Source: Candidatus Velthaea sp.
GTDB lineage: Bacteria; Vulcanimicrobiota; Vulcanimicrobiia; Vulcanimicrobiales; Vulcanimicrobiaceae
Length of the DNA stretch: 64,000 bases
Assembly: GCA_965214935.1 (NCBI GenBank)
Contig: CBDCCS010000001.1
Location: forward strand, 96,001 to 160,000
Direction of reading: 5' to 3'
The position numbers and the translations under genes are program-made. Below are positions 20,299 through 29,608 of the stretch, piece by piece. The notes under the pieces were generated by a model. It was not told the origin of the DNA. It saw only the letters and a program-made list of their open reading frames with translations, and searched no databases. How positions within the stretch are numbered: the stretch's first letter is position 1; every line of letters begins with the position of its first letter.

Positions 20299-21498
20299 TT
20301 GATGATTCGCGCCGAACCGTTCAGCGCTGAGACGATCCGCAGTGCAAAATCGGCTTTAGGCTGGGTCGACACCGCCGCGCGCACGCAGCGATCGCAACGG
20401 CACTTACATTCCGAATTCGCCCGGCACGAATCGTTTACGGTCAGCGGCTGGGTCGTCTGCGGTTCTCCCCACCATCTGCTCGACGAATTATATTTCGTCA
20501 TCGATGAGGAGCACGTGATCTCACCGTCATATGGAAAACGCCGTGACGACGTAGCAAAAGATCTCGCCGATGATAGCGTTCGCAATTGCGGCTTCAGCGG
20601 TGCAATCGAGGGTCACGATTTTAGCGACGGCATCCATACGTTGAACATCGTGGGCGTGTCGGACGGTGAGTTGTACCGCCTCAGCGGCATTATCACATTT
20701 TCCGTGCTCGGGACGCCCGAACCGGCGTTTGCCGCAGAGACCGTTGCTCGTTCGGGCGGCCGAATCCGTATCCTGCGCGACACGTTCGGCATCGCTCGAC
20801 ATGACGGACGATCGCCCAGCGCGATCCGTCCGGGAGCCTCGCTCGTCATCGAGGGTTGGATCGCGTTGACCGAACCGCTGCAGATCCCAGAGCGGCTGCG
20901 CATACTGCTCGTGCGTGCGAACGGCGTGTTCGCCGTCGAGGTCCAACAACGCCCCGAGCCTGAAGCCGGCGCGGCCTTCGGGACGCTTGTTGAAGGTTGC
21001 GGCTATTCGGCGTATATCGATTGCACGCCGCTCGAACCGGGCGCGTATGAGATCGGATTCGAGCTTTACTCCGCCGGCACGTGGTCGTCGGTGCGCAGCG
21101 GGCGCTGGATCGAGCTAATGGCTTACACGGATGCTTGGCTACCGCGTGCGCTACCGGTTTTCGCCGACATGCTCGACGCACAATATTTTGCGCCGGTCCC
21201 GGCGTTAGCCACGCAGGGCGATGAGTTCATCGTTGCCGGAAACGTCGCGAGCGAACGGCCGATCGCGGCCGCTTTTGTCCGGTTCAATCACGAACACACC
21301 GTCACTTTAACGCTGACGGAGCTTGCACCGGAGGCAGCGCGTCCTCACCAACCTCACGCCTATGAGTTCGCCGGCCTGTTGCAACCGATGCTCGTCCCGG
21401 CCGTTCACTCATACGAACTTCTACTGTTGGCTCAAGATAGAACGGGCTCATGGTGCGCCGACCGCCGCAGTCTGACGATCGCTGCGCCCGTTCTATGA
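20299..21498 (+). CDS. Hypothetical protein with 2-3 tandem Ig-like repeats
   Basis: SGWVV..RRDDVA..CGF..GIHTL and EGWIA..CGY..PGAYEI; no evident signal peptide; ATGA overlap with the next gene. Confidence 0.65.
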   Translation: MMIRAEPFSAETIRSAKSALGWVDTAARTQRSQRHLHSEFARHESFTVSGWVVCGSPHHLLDELYFVIDEEHVISPSYGKRRDDVAKDLADDSVRNCGFSGAIEGHDFSDGIHTLNIVGVSDGELYRLSGIITFSVLGTPEPAFAAETVARSGGRIRILRDTFGIARHDGRSPSAIRPGASLVIEGWIALTEPLQIPERLRILLVRANGVFAVEVQQRPEPEAGAAFGTLVEGCGYSAYIDCTPLEPGAYEIGFELYSAGTWSSVRSGRWIELMAYTDAWLPRALPVFADMLDAQYFAPVPALATQGDEFIVAGNVASERPIAAAFVRFNHEHTVTLTLTELAPEAARPHQPHAYEFAGLLQPMLVPAVHSYELLLLAQDRTGSWCADRRSLTIAAPVL

Positions 21499-22634
21499 TC
21501 TCTAAGGGCGGACGATCGGCCGAGCCGGCAGCCGAAGTCTACGACGCCGAATATTTCCGGCACAATTGCGGAGCGATACCCTACGAACGCAGTCCGCACT
21601 GGCTGACGTTTTTCGAGCGTGTTGCCGACGAAATCATCCGTCTCTTTCGGCCGGCCACGGTCTTAGACGCAGGCTGCGCGTTGGGGCTGCTGGTCGAAGC
21701 GCTGTGGGACCGCGGTGTCCGCGCAGAAGGCATCGATATCTCGCGCTTTGCTCTTGCGAACGTCCGGCCGGATATTGTGCCGCACTGCCGCTGGGGCAAT
21801 CTTGCCGAACCGATCGGCGGCACATTCGACGTCGTTACCTGCATCGAAGTACTCGAACATTTGGACGCTCCGGACGCATGGTCCGCGGTCGCCAACCTCT
21901 GCGCGGCCGGTAATGCCGTCCTGTTCTCATCGACGCCGGCGGACTTCGCCGAAGCGACCCATGTCAACGTGTGCCCGCCGCTCGTTTGGCTCGAAGCGTT
22001 CGCCGCGCACGGCTTCGGACCGGACCTGGGCGTCGATGCGTCGTTCCTGACACCGCACGCCTTCGTTGTCCGCAGGGGCCATCCGACCGATCGGGCTACG
22101 CTCCAAACCGCCGCCCTGCTTTCACGTTATCGCACGCTGGCCGGCGAGCGGCTGGAGGCGATCGCAGCTGAACGACATCAGACCCATCTCGTTACGCTCG
22201 AACTTGCCGACGTGCAGGCGCGGCTCGAAGCCGAACGTGCACGCTCACATGTCGAGGAGTCGACGCGCGAAGCACAACACGTTGCGGCGCTGGCGGAAAT
22301 TGAAGCTGCCAAGACGGAGCTTGCGCGTCTAACGGAGCGCGAAGCGGCTGCCACGCAGAGTCTCAAATTCGCGCACGAAACGATCGCGCGGTTAAATAAA
22401 CGGCTCGCGAATCCCGGGCCGGCCGGTTCCGCGCAGAACGCCGGACCGAAACCACCCGACTCGGTGGCCGCGACGCAGTTGCAATTACTAGAAACGCTGC
22501 GTCTCCTACAAGCAGCAAATCAGCCACGACCACGGCGAACGTACGGCCGGCAATCAGCACGAGGTATTGCTAGCATCTCATCGATATTCGACCGTCTACT
22601 GGGCGCCGTTGCCGGCGGCAAGAAGCTTCCTTAG
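21495..22634 (+). CDS. SAM-dependent methyltransferase with C-terminal coiled coil (WbdD/WsaE-like architecture)
   Basis: VLDAGCALG, CIEVLEH, then an ~90 aa E/A/R/L-rich heptad region and a terminal amphipathic segment. Confidence 0.75.
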   Translation: MISKGGRSAEPAAEVYDAEYFRHNCGAIPYERSPHWLTFFERVADEIIRLFRPATVLDAGCALGLLVEALWDRGVRAEGIDISRFALANVRPDIVPHCRWGNLAEPIGGTFDVVTCIEVLEHLDAPDAWSAVANLCAAGNAVLFSSTPADFAEATHVNVCPPLVWLEAFAAHGFGPDLGVDASFLTPHAFVVRRGHPTDRATLQTAALLSRYRTLAGERLEAIAAERHQTHLVTLELADVQARLEAERARSHVEESTREAQHVAALAEIEAAKTELARLTEREAAATQSLKFAHETIARLNKRLANPGPAGSAQNAGPKPPDSVAATQLQLLETLRLLQAANQPRPRRTYGRQSARGIASISSIFDRLLGAVAGGKKLP

Positions 22635-24703
22635 TCGGCCAGCCGGTACGCGAAGCTTTCGGTTACGCGCGTGTAATGCGGATTGTAAAACGGGTCGTTC
22701 TCGACGATTGTCGACCAGCGCTCGAGGAACAGCGCGCGCTCTTTTTTCGCTAGCTCGACTCGGGCCGGCGTAATGTCGTAACCGCGCGAACGCGACTCGA
22801 AATGATACAGCTTGGCGTGCGGAACGTAGACGTTATAGCGTCCCAAGGCCAGCAACTTGAGACAAAGGTCGACGTCGTTGAACGCAACGGCAAGCCGTTC
22901 ATCGAAGCCGCCGACTCGCTCGAAATCAGAACGTTTGAGCATAAGGCAAGCCCCCGTAACTGCGGCATAATTCGTCGTCGTCAGCAGCATGTTGTAGTGG
23001 CCGGCTGCGCCGGCCGGTACGTGCCGATGACTATGCCCTGCGACGCCTCCAATGCCGAGCACCACACCGCCGTGCTGAACCGTGTCATCTTCGTACAGCA
23101 AAAGCGCACCGGCGGCACCGATCGAGGGCCGTTGCGCCTGCTCGATCAAGGCCTCCAGCCACTCGGGCTCGATGACCGCCGTATCGTTATTGAGAAAGAG
23201 TAAGAGTTCGCCGTCGGTGCGGCTAACGGCATGGTTATTGAGCCGCGGATAGTTGAACGGAATATCTAACGGCTCGACGGCAAATCGCTTCGGTTCGCGC
23301 CGCTTATATTCGGCAAACAAAGCAAAGGTCGCACGTTCGCGACTGCCGTTATCGACGATGGTCACACGATAGTTATCGTATGTCGTGCGTTCGAATATCG
23401 ATTCGAGGCATCCGCGAAGCAAATCGACACCGTCACGCGTCGGTATGATGATCTCAACTTTGGGATTGCCGCGAATCTCGTAACGCACGTGGTATATTCC
23501 GGCCGGAAAATCCGGCACCGGCAGGACCGTTCCCGGTTCGTCGCGCCGAACGAGCGCAGCTTGCAGAGCCCGTTGCGCCGCGGTATACGCATACGGCTTG
23601 GCGGCCGTTCCGCTCGCCGCCGAGCCGCCATGAATGCGCCATGAATACAACACTTTAGGAATGTGCCGAATGACATGGGCTCGCTCGCTCACGCGGAGCG
23701 CCAGATCCCAATCTTGACTGCCGTCGTAATCCGGGCGGAAACCACCGACGTCCATCACGAGCGAGCGCCGGTAAATTCCCAGGTGACACGAATACATCTT
23801 CGACAGCATCGTGTCGGGCGACCAGTCGGGCTTAAAAAACGGCGCGCTGCGAACGCCGAAAGTATCGATCTTGTCTTCATCGCTATATAACATGTCGGCA
23901 GCCGGATGACGGTTGATTTCGAGGGCCACATCGAAGAGCGCACTCGGGACGATCTCATCGTCGTGATCTAGTAAGACGATATATTCGCCCGACGCAAGTT
24001 CTAACGCCGAGTTACTCGCCCGCGATATATGACCGTTCTCCGTCCGCTCGACGACTTTGATTCGCGGATCCAAATAGGTGTATTCGCGCAAAATCTCGCG
24101 TACGGCCGAATCGGTGCTGGCATCATCGGCAATGCAAAGCTCCCAATCCGCGTAGACTTGGCCGCGCACGGAGTCGATGGCATCGCGTAGAAATTCGTGC
24201 GGCGTGTTATAGGTCGGCATGATGATACTAAAGGTCGGTCGCAGCGCAAGTATGGGGATGATCTCGCGCATTCGTTCGAGATCGGCCTGGCGCGCATCAT
24301 GCAGGCGGCGCCAAACGGCATAAGCCGAATCATCGGACCGCTGAAGCTCGGCAACCGACGGCAGCGGAAAGTCGGCGATCACGCCGGTGCCGACGCCGAT
24401 TTTTTTCTTTAAGGCAAACCAACGATTGCGCAAGCGCCAAAACTTACTGGACTGCAGGATTTCGATTCGGTCGCGCATGCCGACGAGCAACGGCCGGAGC
24501 GACTGTAATCGCGCCTCGGTATTTGAGATCGCAAGATCCGCTCGGCGGCGGGAGCGGTCGAGTTCACGGTACGTCGATTCGGCGACGAGAGCCGCATAAG
24601 CACCGGTTACTCGTCGTTCGATGGCATGCTCGATCGAACGAGCGGAATGCACGGGCTCCGACACTCCACCCCCGGCATGTCCGTTTGAAATCTCAGCGTC
24701 CAT
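22631..24703 (-). CDS. Tandem GT2-GT2 glycosyltransferase with N-terminal coiled coil
   Basis: FSIIMPTYNT, LLDHDD, FKPDWSP, GSQDWD, IIPTRD, FLNNDT, FNDVDLCL, HFESRSRG. Confidence 0.9.
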   Translation of the reverse strand: MDAEISNGHAGGGVSEPVHSARSIEHAIERRVTGAYAALVAESTYRELDRSRRRADLAISNTEARLQSLRPLLVGMRDRIEILQSSKFWRLRNRWFALKKKIGVGTGVIADFPLPSVAELQRSDDSAYAVWRRLHDARQADLERMREIIPILALRPTFSIIMPTYNTPHEFLRDAIDSVRGQVYADWELCIADDASTDSAVREILREYTYLDPRIKVVERTENGHISRASNSALELASGEYIVLLDHDDEIVPSALFDVALEINRHPAADMLYSDEDKIDTFGVRSAPFFKPDWSPDTMLSKMYSCHLGIYRRSLVMDVGGFRPDYDGSQDWDLALRVSERAHVIRHIPKVLYSWRIHGGSAASGTAAKPYAYTAAQRALQAALVRRDEPGTVLPVPDFPAGIYHVRYEIRGNPKVEIIIPTRDGVDLLRGCLESIFERTTYDNYRVTIVDNGSRERATFALFAEYKRREPKRFAVEPLDIPFNYPRLNNHAVSRTDGELLLFLNNDTAVIEPEWLEALIEQAQRPSIGAAGALLLYEDDTVQHGGVVLGIGGVAGHSHRHVPAGAAGHYNMLLTTTNYAAVTGACLMLKRSDFERVGGFDERLAVAFNDVDLCLKLLALGRYNVYVPHAKLYHFESRSRGYDITPARVELAKKERALFLERWSTIVENDPFYNPHYTRVTESFAYRLAD

Positions 24704-24712
24704 TGCGAACCG

Positions 24713-25471
24713 CTACGCGGGCGCTAACATCTGACCGTGTACGGCAGCCAGATACGACCCCACGACGTGGTTCGGTTCGCCCGCTAACACGATGCGACCG
24801 GCGTCCATCCAAATAGCATTGTTGCACTGCGTGCGAATGAACTCCAAATCGTGCGAAACAACGATGATCGTCGAGTTTGCATCCCAAAAATCACGCACGC
24901 GCGCCGAACACTTGTCACGAAAGCGTTCGTCGCCTACGGCCAGGACTTCGTCGAGTATCAAAATATCGGGCCGTGTATCGGTCGCGATTGCGAAGCCCAA
25001 CCGGGCGTTCATTCCGGACGACAGCGTCTTGAGCGGCTCGTGCGCGTGATCGTGCAACTCTGAGAAATCGAGGATAGCATTGACGCGCGCCTCAATCGCC
25101 GAACGCGCATAGCCCAGCAAGATTCCGTAATACACGATGTTTGCCAAGACGCTGATTTCGCCGTCGAAACCGGCACCGAGCTCGATGAGCGGCGATATCG
25201 TACCATCGACATGCACCAATCCGGCACTCGGACGAAGGATACCGCAGATTACCTTGAGCAGCGTCGACTTGCCTGAACCGTTGGCCCCGATGATTCCAAG
25301 CTTTTCGCCCGCACCGACATTCAACGTAACCTTATCGAGTACGAGCCGCCGGCGCGGTTTGCGGTGCTTGCGTTCGAGCATTTGCAACACGATGCGCTTG
25401 AGGTCGTACGAGTATTCTTCTTGCGTTCGGCGCAGCAGTGAGACCGAATCTAGGACGACCTTCGTGCTCAC
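24713..25471 (-). CDS. wzt: Polysaccharide ABC exporter ATP-binding subunit (no C-terminal carbohydrate-binding module)
   Basis: GANGSGKST, LSSGMNARLGF, LILDEVLAVGD, VSHD; 252 aa. Confidence 0.92.
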   Translation of the reverse strand: MSTKVVLDSVSLLRRTQEEYSYDLKRIVLQMLERKHRKPRRRLVLDKVTLNVGAGEKLGIIGANGSGKSTLLKVICGILRPSAGLVHVDGTISPLIELGAGFDGEISVLANIVYYGILLGYARSAIEARVNAILDFSELHDHAHEPLKTLSSGMNARLGFAIATDTRPDILILDEVLAVGDERFRDKCSARVRDFWDANSTIIVVSHDLEFIRTQCNNAIWMDAGRIVLAGEPNHVVGSYLAAVHGQMLAPA

Positions 25472-26301
25472 AGCAGATCCATGAACTCTTTTTTCATCGA
25501 TGAGAAAACGGCTACGCCGACGGCCAGCGAAACGAACCCGCTTACGAGCGAAACGGCCATCAAGTGAAGATGCGGCAATCTTCCGGAGATCGCGATATCG
25601 CGAACGCTCGAAACCATCGCCGCCAGCGGATTGAACTCGACGAAGCGCCGCACTTGAGCCGGCACGACTTCAATCGGGTAAAAGATCGGGCTCGTAAGAA
25701 AAAGGACAAAAATGAAGAGTTCGTACAGATACTGCAGATCGCGAAAAAACACGTAAAGCGCGCTAATGATGAGCGCAAAGCCAAGCGCCAACATCGTTAG
25801 GCCGGCCATCGGCGCAACGAGCGCGACGACGTTGAGCAAGCTATGCGATGTAATCAACGTGACGATGGCAAGAAAAGGCAGTATGCCGATCAAGAGTTGG
25901 AACGCGTTCGCAAAAACGATCGAGACCGGAAACACACTCACCGGCAGTCGCAGTTTATTGAGCAGCGCGCCGTTAGCGACGATACTCGATAAAGCCTGAC
26001 CGGTCGCCTGAGAAAAAAAATTCAATAGCGCAAGACCGCAAAAACAAGAAACGGCGTAGGTGAGAAGTGAGTGGTCGTAATAGGCGGCGAAGGCGGAGCC
26101 GAAGATCGCCGAGTACACACCGGTCATGATGATCGGATTCGAGAGCGACCAGTAGATGCCGAGTACCGAGCCGCGATACCGCGTTGCAAGATTGCGCGAA
26201 GCCAGAGCTTGAACGATTTCCGCGTAGCGGCCGGCCTGAACTCCCCCGGCGATGTTTTGAAAAACGTGCGGCCACTGACGGCTGCGAATTGTGCGCTCCA
26301 T
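25468..26301 (-). CDS. wzm: Polysaccharide ABC exporter permease
   Basis: RYRGSVLGIYWS..NP, FFRDL, TSPIFYP, FNP, FMDLL end; GTGA overlap with wzt. Confidence 0.92.
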   Translation of the reverse strand: MERTIRSRQWPHVFQNIAGGVQAGRYAEIVQALASRNLATRYRGSVLGIYWSLSNPIIMTGVYSAIFGSAFAAYYDHSLLTYAVSCFCGLALLNFFSQATGQALSSIVANGALLNKLRLPVSVFPVSIVFANAFQLLIGILPFLAIVTLITSHSLLNVVALVAPMAGLTMLALGFALIISALYVFFRDLQYLYELFIFVLFLTSPIFYPIEVVPAQVRRFVEFNPLAAMVSSVRDIAISGRLPHLHLMAVSLVSGFVSLAVGVAVFSSMKKEFMDLL

Positions 26302-26355
26302 GAACGAACAGTGGGGTTACACACGGGAGAAAGCGTCTCCCCCGGAGAGCCGGGT

Positions 26356-27663
26356 TCAGCCGCTGCTGCCGTGCACCGCGGCACCGTCAAGCGAATGCCG
26401 AACGGGCGCTCGATTGGGCAGCAGCGTCGTGAGGAACGCTAAGCCGTGTCCGAGGCATAAGATAACTAAAATTTGCGACACCGATTGATGCCAGATGCTG
26501 ACTGCGACGATCTCGGCGATCGCAATCGTCAACAGCGGACCGACGAAATCAAAGCGGTGCAAGCCGATATTATACATCGCCGCGACATTCGCCAGCGCTA
26601 AGACGCCCAGAGCAATCATATAGGGCAGTACGAACGGCTGCGCATCGCCGAATGCATGCCCGGCAAGCACGATCACCACGGCGCGCGGAGCGATCGCCGT
26701 CACCGCTACTCCGACGGCGACGATCGCGCCGGCCGTTCCCAGCGATGCGAACAGCAGCACGCGGGAATCGCGGCCGTTTCTGCGGCGGGCCGAAGCCTTC
26801 GGCAGTACGATCGTCGGAATAAAATTGATAACCGTATACATTGCGCGAGCGACGAGGGCGGCTGCGCCGTATAAGCCTGCGGTGAGCGCCGAAAAGTAAT
26901 GCCGCACGAGGATCACGTCATAAAACAACAAGGCATTGACGGCAAGGACCGCAAGCGCTACACCGGTCGACGTGAGGGCGATTCGCCGGCCGTCGAGCGC
27001 TAGGCGGTCGGCGACCGGTCCAAGGCGGCGTAACGTCAAGGCGTTGTAACCCCACGTACAAAGCAAACTCAATGCCAGGCCGGCTAACGCGCCGTTGACT
27101 CCGAACCGGTAGGCCAACAGCGATCCTGCGGCCACTTTGGTCGTTGCTTCGATGACGTTCGATAGCGAAAAAGCTGCGAACCGCTCGATGCCTTGAAAGA
27201 TGCCGCGCTGAACCGGAATCGCCAATGAAAACGCCAGCGCCGCGCCCGTGATGAGCACCGGGAGTACCGTCCCTAGACGTAGATACGATGCGATTGCACT
27301 CGCAGTGAGCAGGACGATGATAAATGCGATCGTGCCGACAAGTGCCGTAACGACGTTGACCAGATCACCGAGGCGTCGCAACTTGCCGAGGTCGTTCGTC
27401 GAACGCAGATCTGCGGCGAGCCGTGCGACAATCGTACCGGCAACGGTCGCCGGTCCGATTGCAGCGAGCAAAACGGCGGAGAATAACGAAGTGAGGACAC
27501 CGTACTGCTCGACACCGACGAGCCGGCTGACGATTGAGTAAAATGCAAACTGCAACACGTTGGCGGCCATGAGTCCGGCAAAAACCAGCAACCCATGACG
27601 TACGAAATCGCTGTCCGCGACGCGCATTGCACGCGAACGCAACGCGATCAACGCACGCTCCAA
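26356..27663 (-). CDS. Oligosaccharide flippase (Wzx/MOP family)
   Basis: About 12 TM segments; YG, GIFQG.ERF, AGLYGAA..AR, LPKAS motifs. Start uncertain (27663 or 27627). Confidence 0.75.
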   Translation of the reverse strand: MERALIALRSRAMRVADSDFVRHGLLVFAGLMAANVLQFAFYSIVSRLVGVEQYGVLTSLFSAVLLAAIGPATVAGTIVARLAADLRSTNDLGKLRRLGDLVNVVTALVGTIAFIIVLLTASAIASYLRLGTVLPVLITGAALAFSLAIPVQRGIFQGIERFAAFSLSNVIEATTKVAAGSLLAYRFGVNGALAGLALSLLCTWGYNALTLRRLGPVADRLALDGRRIALTSTGVALAVLAVNALLFYDVILVRHYFSALTAGLYGAAALVARAMYTVINFIPTIVLPKASARRRNGRDSRVLLFASLGTAGAIVAVGVAVTAIAPRAVVIVLAGHAFGDAQPFVLPYMIALGVLALANVAAMYNIGLHRFDFVGPLLTIAIAEIVAVSIWHQSVSQILVILCLGHGLAFLTTLLPNRAPVRHSLDGAAVHGSSG

Positions 27664-27796
27664 GCGGCTGCGGCGCCGACGACTTTCGCCCGGTGCATCA
27701 ACATTCCGAACTCTTCCGCGTCGCGTTTCTCATCCTTGTCGGTGCGCCGAAGTCGTGCCGGTCCCGGCGGCGTCGGTTGCATTGCGATCGACCGGC

Positions 27797-29608
27797 TTAG
27801 GGCGCGATCGTCGCGTCTTCGCGAACGAGCGTGAGCCATGGATTGTAGTATGGATCGGGGGTGCCGGCGATGTTCCAACGTCTGCGCATGCGCGCAACCT
27901 CTTCTTCGTTGCGAGCGTGACGCTGTGCATCGCCGTTCAGGCCGCGCGAAATCGATTCATGATGGATGAGCCGCACGTGCGGCAGGTAGACGGCGCGATA
28001 ACCCAGCGACCGTAAGCGCAGGCACAGATCGACGTCGTTCCAAGCGACCGGCAGAGTCTCGTCGAACCCGCCGGCCGATTCGAACGTCCGACGCCGGATC
28101 ATCAAACAGGCCGCGGTGATTGCGGAGTAATTCGTAACGGTCTGCACGGCATCGTAATAGCCGCCGGCGGTCCCCGGCAAGCGCTTGAAGATGTGTCCGG
28201 CAAGGCCGCCGATTCCGGTTACGACGCCCGCATGCTGGATGCGGCCGTCCGGATACAGCAGCAGCGCTCCGACCGCGCCCACGCCGTCGCGTTGCGCGTA
28301 CTCGAGCAACGCCTCGATCCAATCCGGCGACACGATCTCGGTATCGTTATTGAGGAAGATAACGTACGGCGATTCGCACGTGCGAACGGCCGCGTTGTTC
28401 AAGGCTGAAAAGTTAAACGGCCGGTCGTCGTGCATGACCCCAAAGCGCGCCGGCTCTTTTGCGGTCCACGCCGCAATGAGGCTGTGCGTCGCGGCTTCAA
28501 TGCTGCCGTTGTCGACGAGCAAAACATTGAAGCAGCCGTAGGTCGAACGCGAGAAGATCGACTCGAGGCACCGGCTTACAATGTCGGCTTTGTCGCGCGT
28601 TGGAATGATGACCGTAACTGCCGCGTCGTTCGATCGCTCGAAGCGTACTTCATACCGGCCGGCCGATCCATCGACGGCCCGGACCGTACCGGGCTCTCCC
28701 CTCCGTTCGAGCGTCTCGCGAAGCGCCCGGATCGCGGCGTCGCGAGCATACGGCTTCGCGTCCGGCTTCGCCGCCGCCGAGCCCGGATGCGCTCGCCAGT
28801 GATACAGAACGTCGGGCACATGAACGATTCGCGCAGTGATTTCGCTGACCCGTAATACGAGGTCGTAATCTTGACTGCCGTCAAAGTCGCTACGCATGCG
28901 ACCCGCCGCTTCGACTAGCGAACGGCGTATGGCCAAAAAGTGCCCGATATACATCTTTCCGAGCAGCGTTTCGGGCGACCAGTCCGGTTTAAAGTACGGA
29001 TCGAACCGGTGCTCCCGGTCGTCGTCGATTTTATCTTCGTCGGAATACATGAGACCGACGAACGGGTCGGCCGCGGCAACGACGGCAAATCGATACAGCG
29101 CGTGCGGCGCGAGTATGTCGTCGTGGTCGAGAAAGGCAACAAAATCACCGTCCGCAAGGCTAAGCGCCGCATTGGTGGCGGCGGCGATGCCGCCGCGCTT
29201 GGCTTGCCGAACCACGCGAATGCGCGGGTCGCCGGCAGCTTCATCCAAGCATGCGACGACGGCTGCATCTTGCGACGCGTCGTCCGCGATGCAAAGTTGC
29301 CAATGCGGATAGACTTGTGCGCGCACCGAGGCGATTGCCTCGCGTAAAAATGCGGTCGGCGGATCGCAAACCGGCAGGCAAATTGAAAATACCGGCGTCT
29401 CGCGCAATAATGCAACGATCCGTTGCATTTCGAGCAGCTCGTGCGGGCGGGGCGACTTGAGCGCAATCCAGACGTCGTACGGATCGGGCGGCGGTATCGA
29501 CATGAGTTCGAGGAGCCGCCCGATCCCCGCACGCCGCATACCGGCTCCAATTTTCTGCAAGAAACGCCGGGCGATGTAGCGCGGCCGCAGCAGCGTGCGC
29601 ACTTTCAT
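27797..29608 (-). CDS. Tandem GT2-GT2 glycosyltransferase
   Basis: FLDHDD, YFKPDWSP, GSQDYD, IIPTRD, FLNNDT, WNDVDLCL. Start at MKVRT via ATGA overlap. Confidence 0.9.
   Translation of the reverse strand: MKVRTLLRPRYIARRFLQKIGAGMRRAGIGRLLELMSIPPPDPYDVWIALKSPRPHELLEMQRIVALLRETPVFSICLPVCDPPTAFLREAIASVRAQVYPHWQLCIADDASQDAAVVACLDEAAGDPRIRVVRQAKRGGIAAATNAALSLADGDFVAFLDHDDILAPHALYRFAVVAAADPFVGLMYSDEDKIDDDREHRFDPYFKPDWSPETLLGKMYIGHFLAIRRSLVEAAGRMRSDFDGSQDYDLVLRVSEITARIVHVPDVLYHWRAHPGSAAAKPDAKPYARDAAIRALRETLERRGEPGTVRAVDGSAGRYEVRFERSNDAAVTVIIPTRDKADIVSRCLESIFSRSTYGCFNVLLVDNGSIEAATHSLIAAWTAKEPARFGVMHDDRPFNFSALNNAAVRTCESPYVIFLNNDTEIVSPDWIEALLEYAQRDGVGAVGALLLYPDGRIQHAGVVTGIGGLAGHIFKRLPGTAGGYYDAVQTVTNYSAITAACLMIRRRTFESAGGFDETLPVAWNDVDLCLRLRSLGYRAVYLPHVRLIHHESISRGLNGDAQRHARNEEEVARMRRRWNIAGTPDPYYNPWLTLVREDATIAP

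Noticed and set aside
27648..27782. 44-codon ORF MQPTPPG.. between the GT2 and flippase genes
   Set aside because: Too short and unsupported; a small protein or frameshifted flippase N-terminus cannot be excluded.
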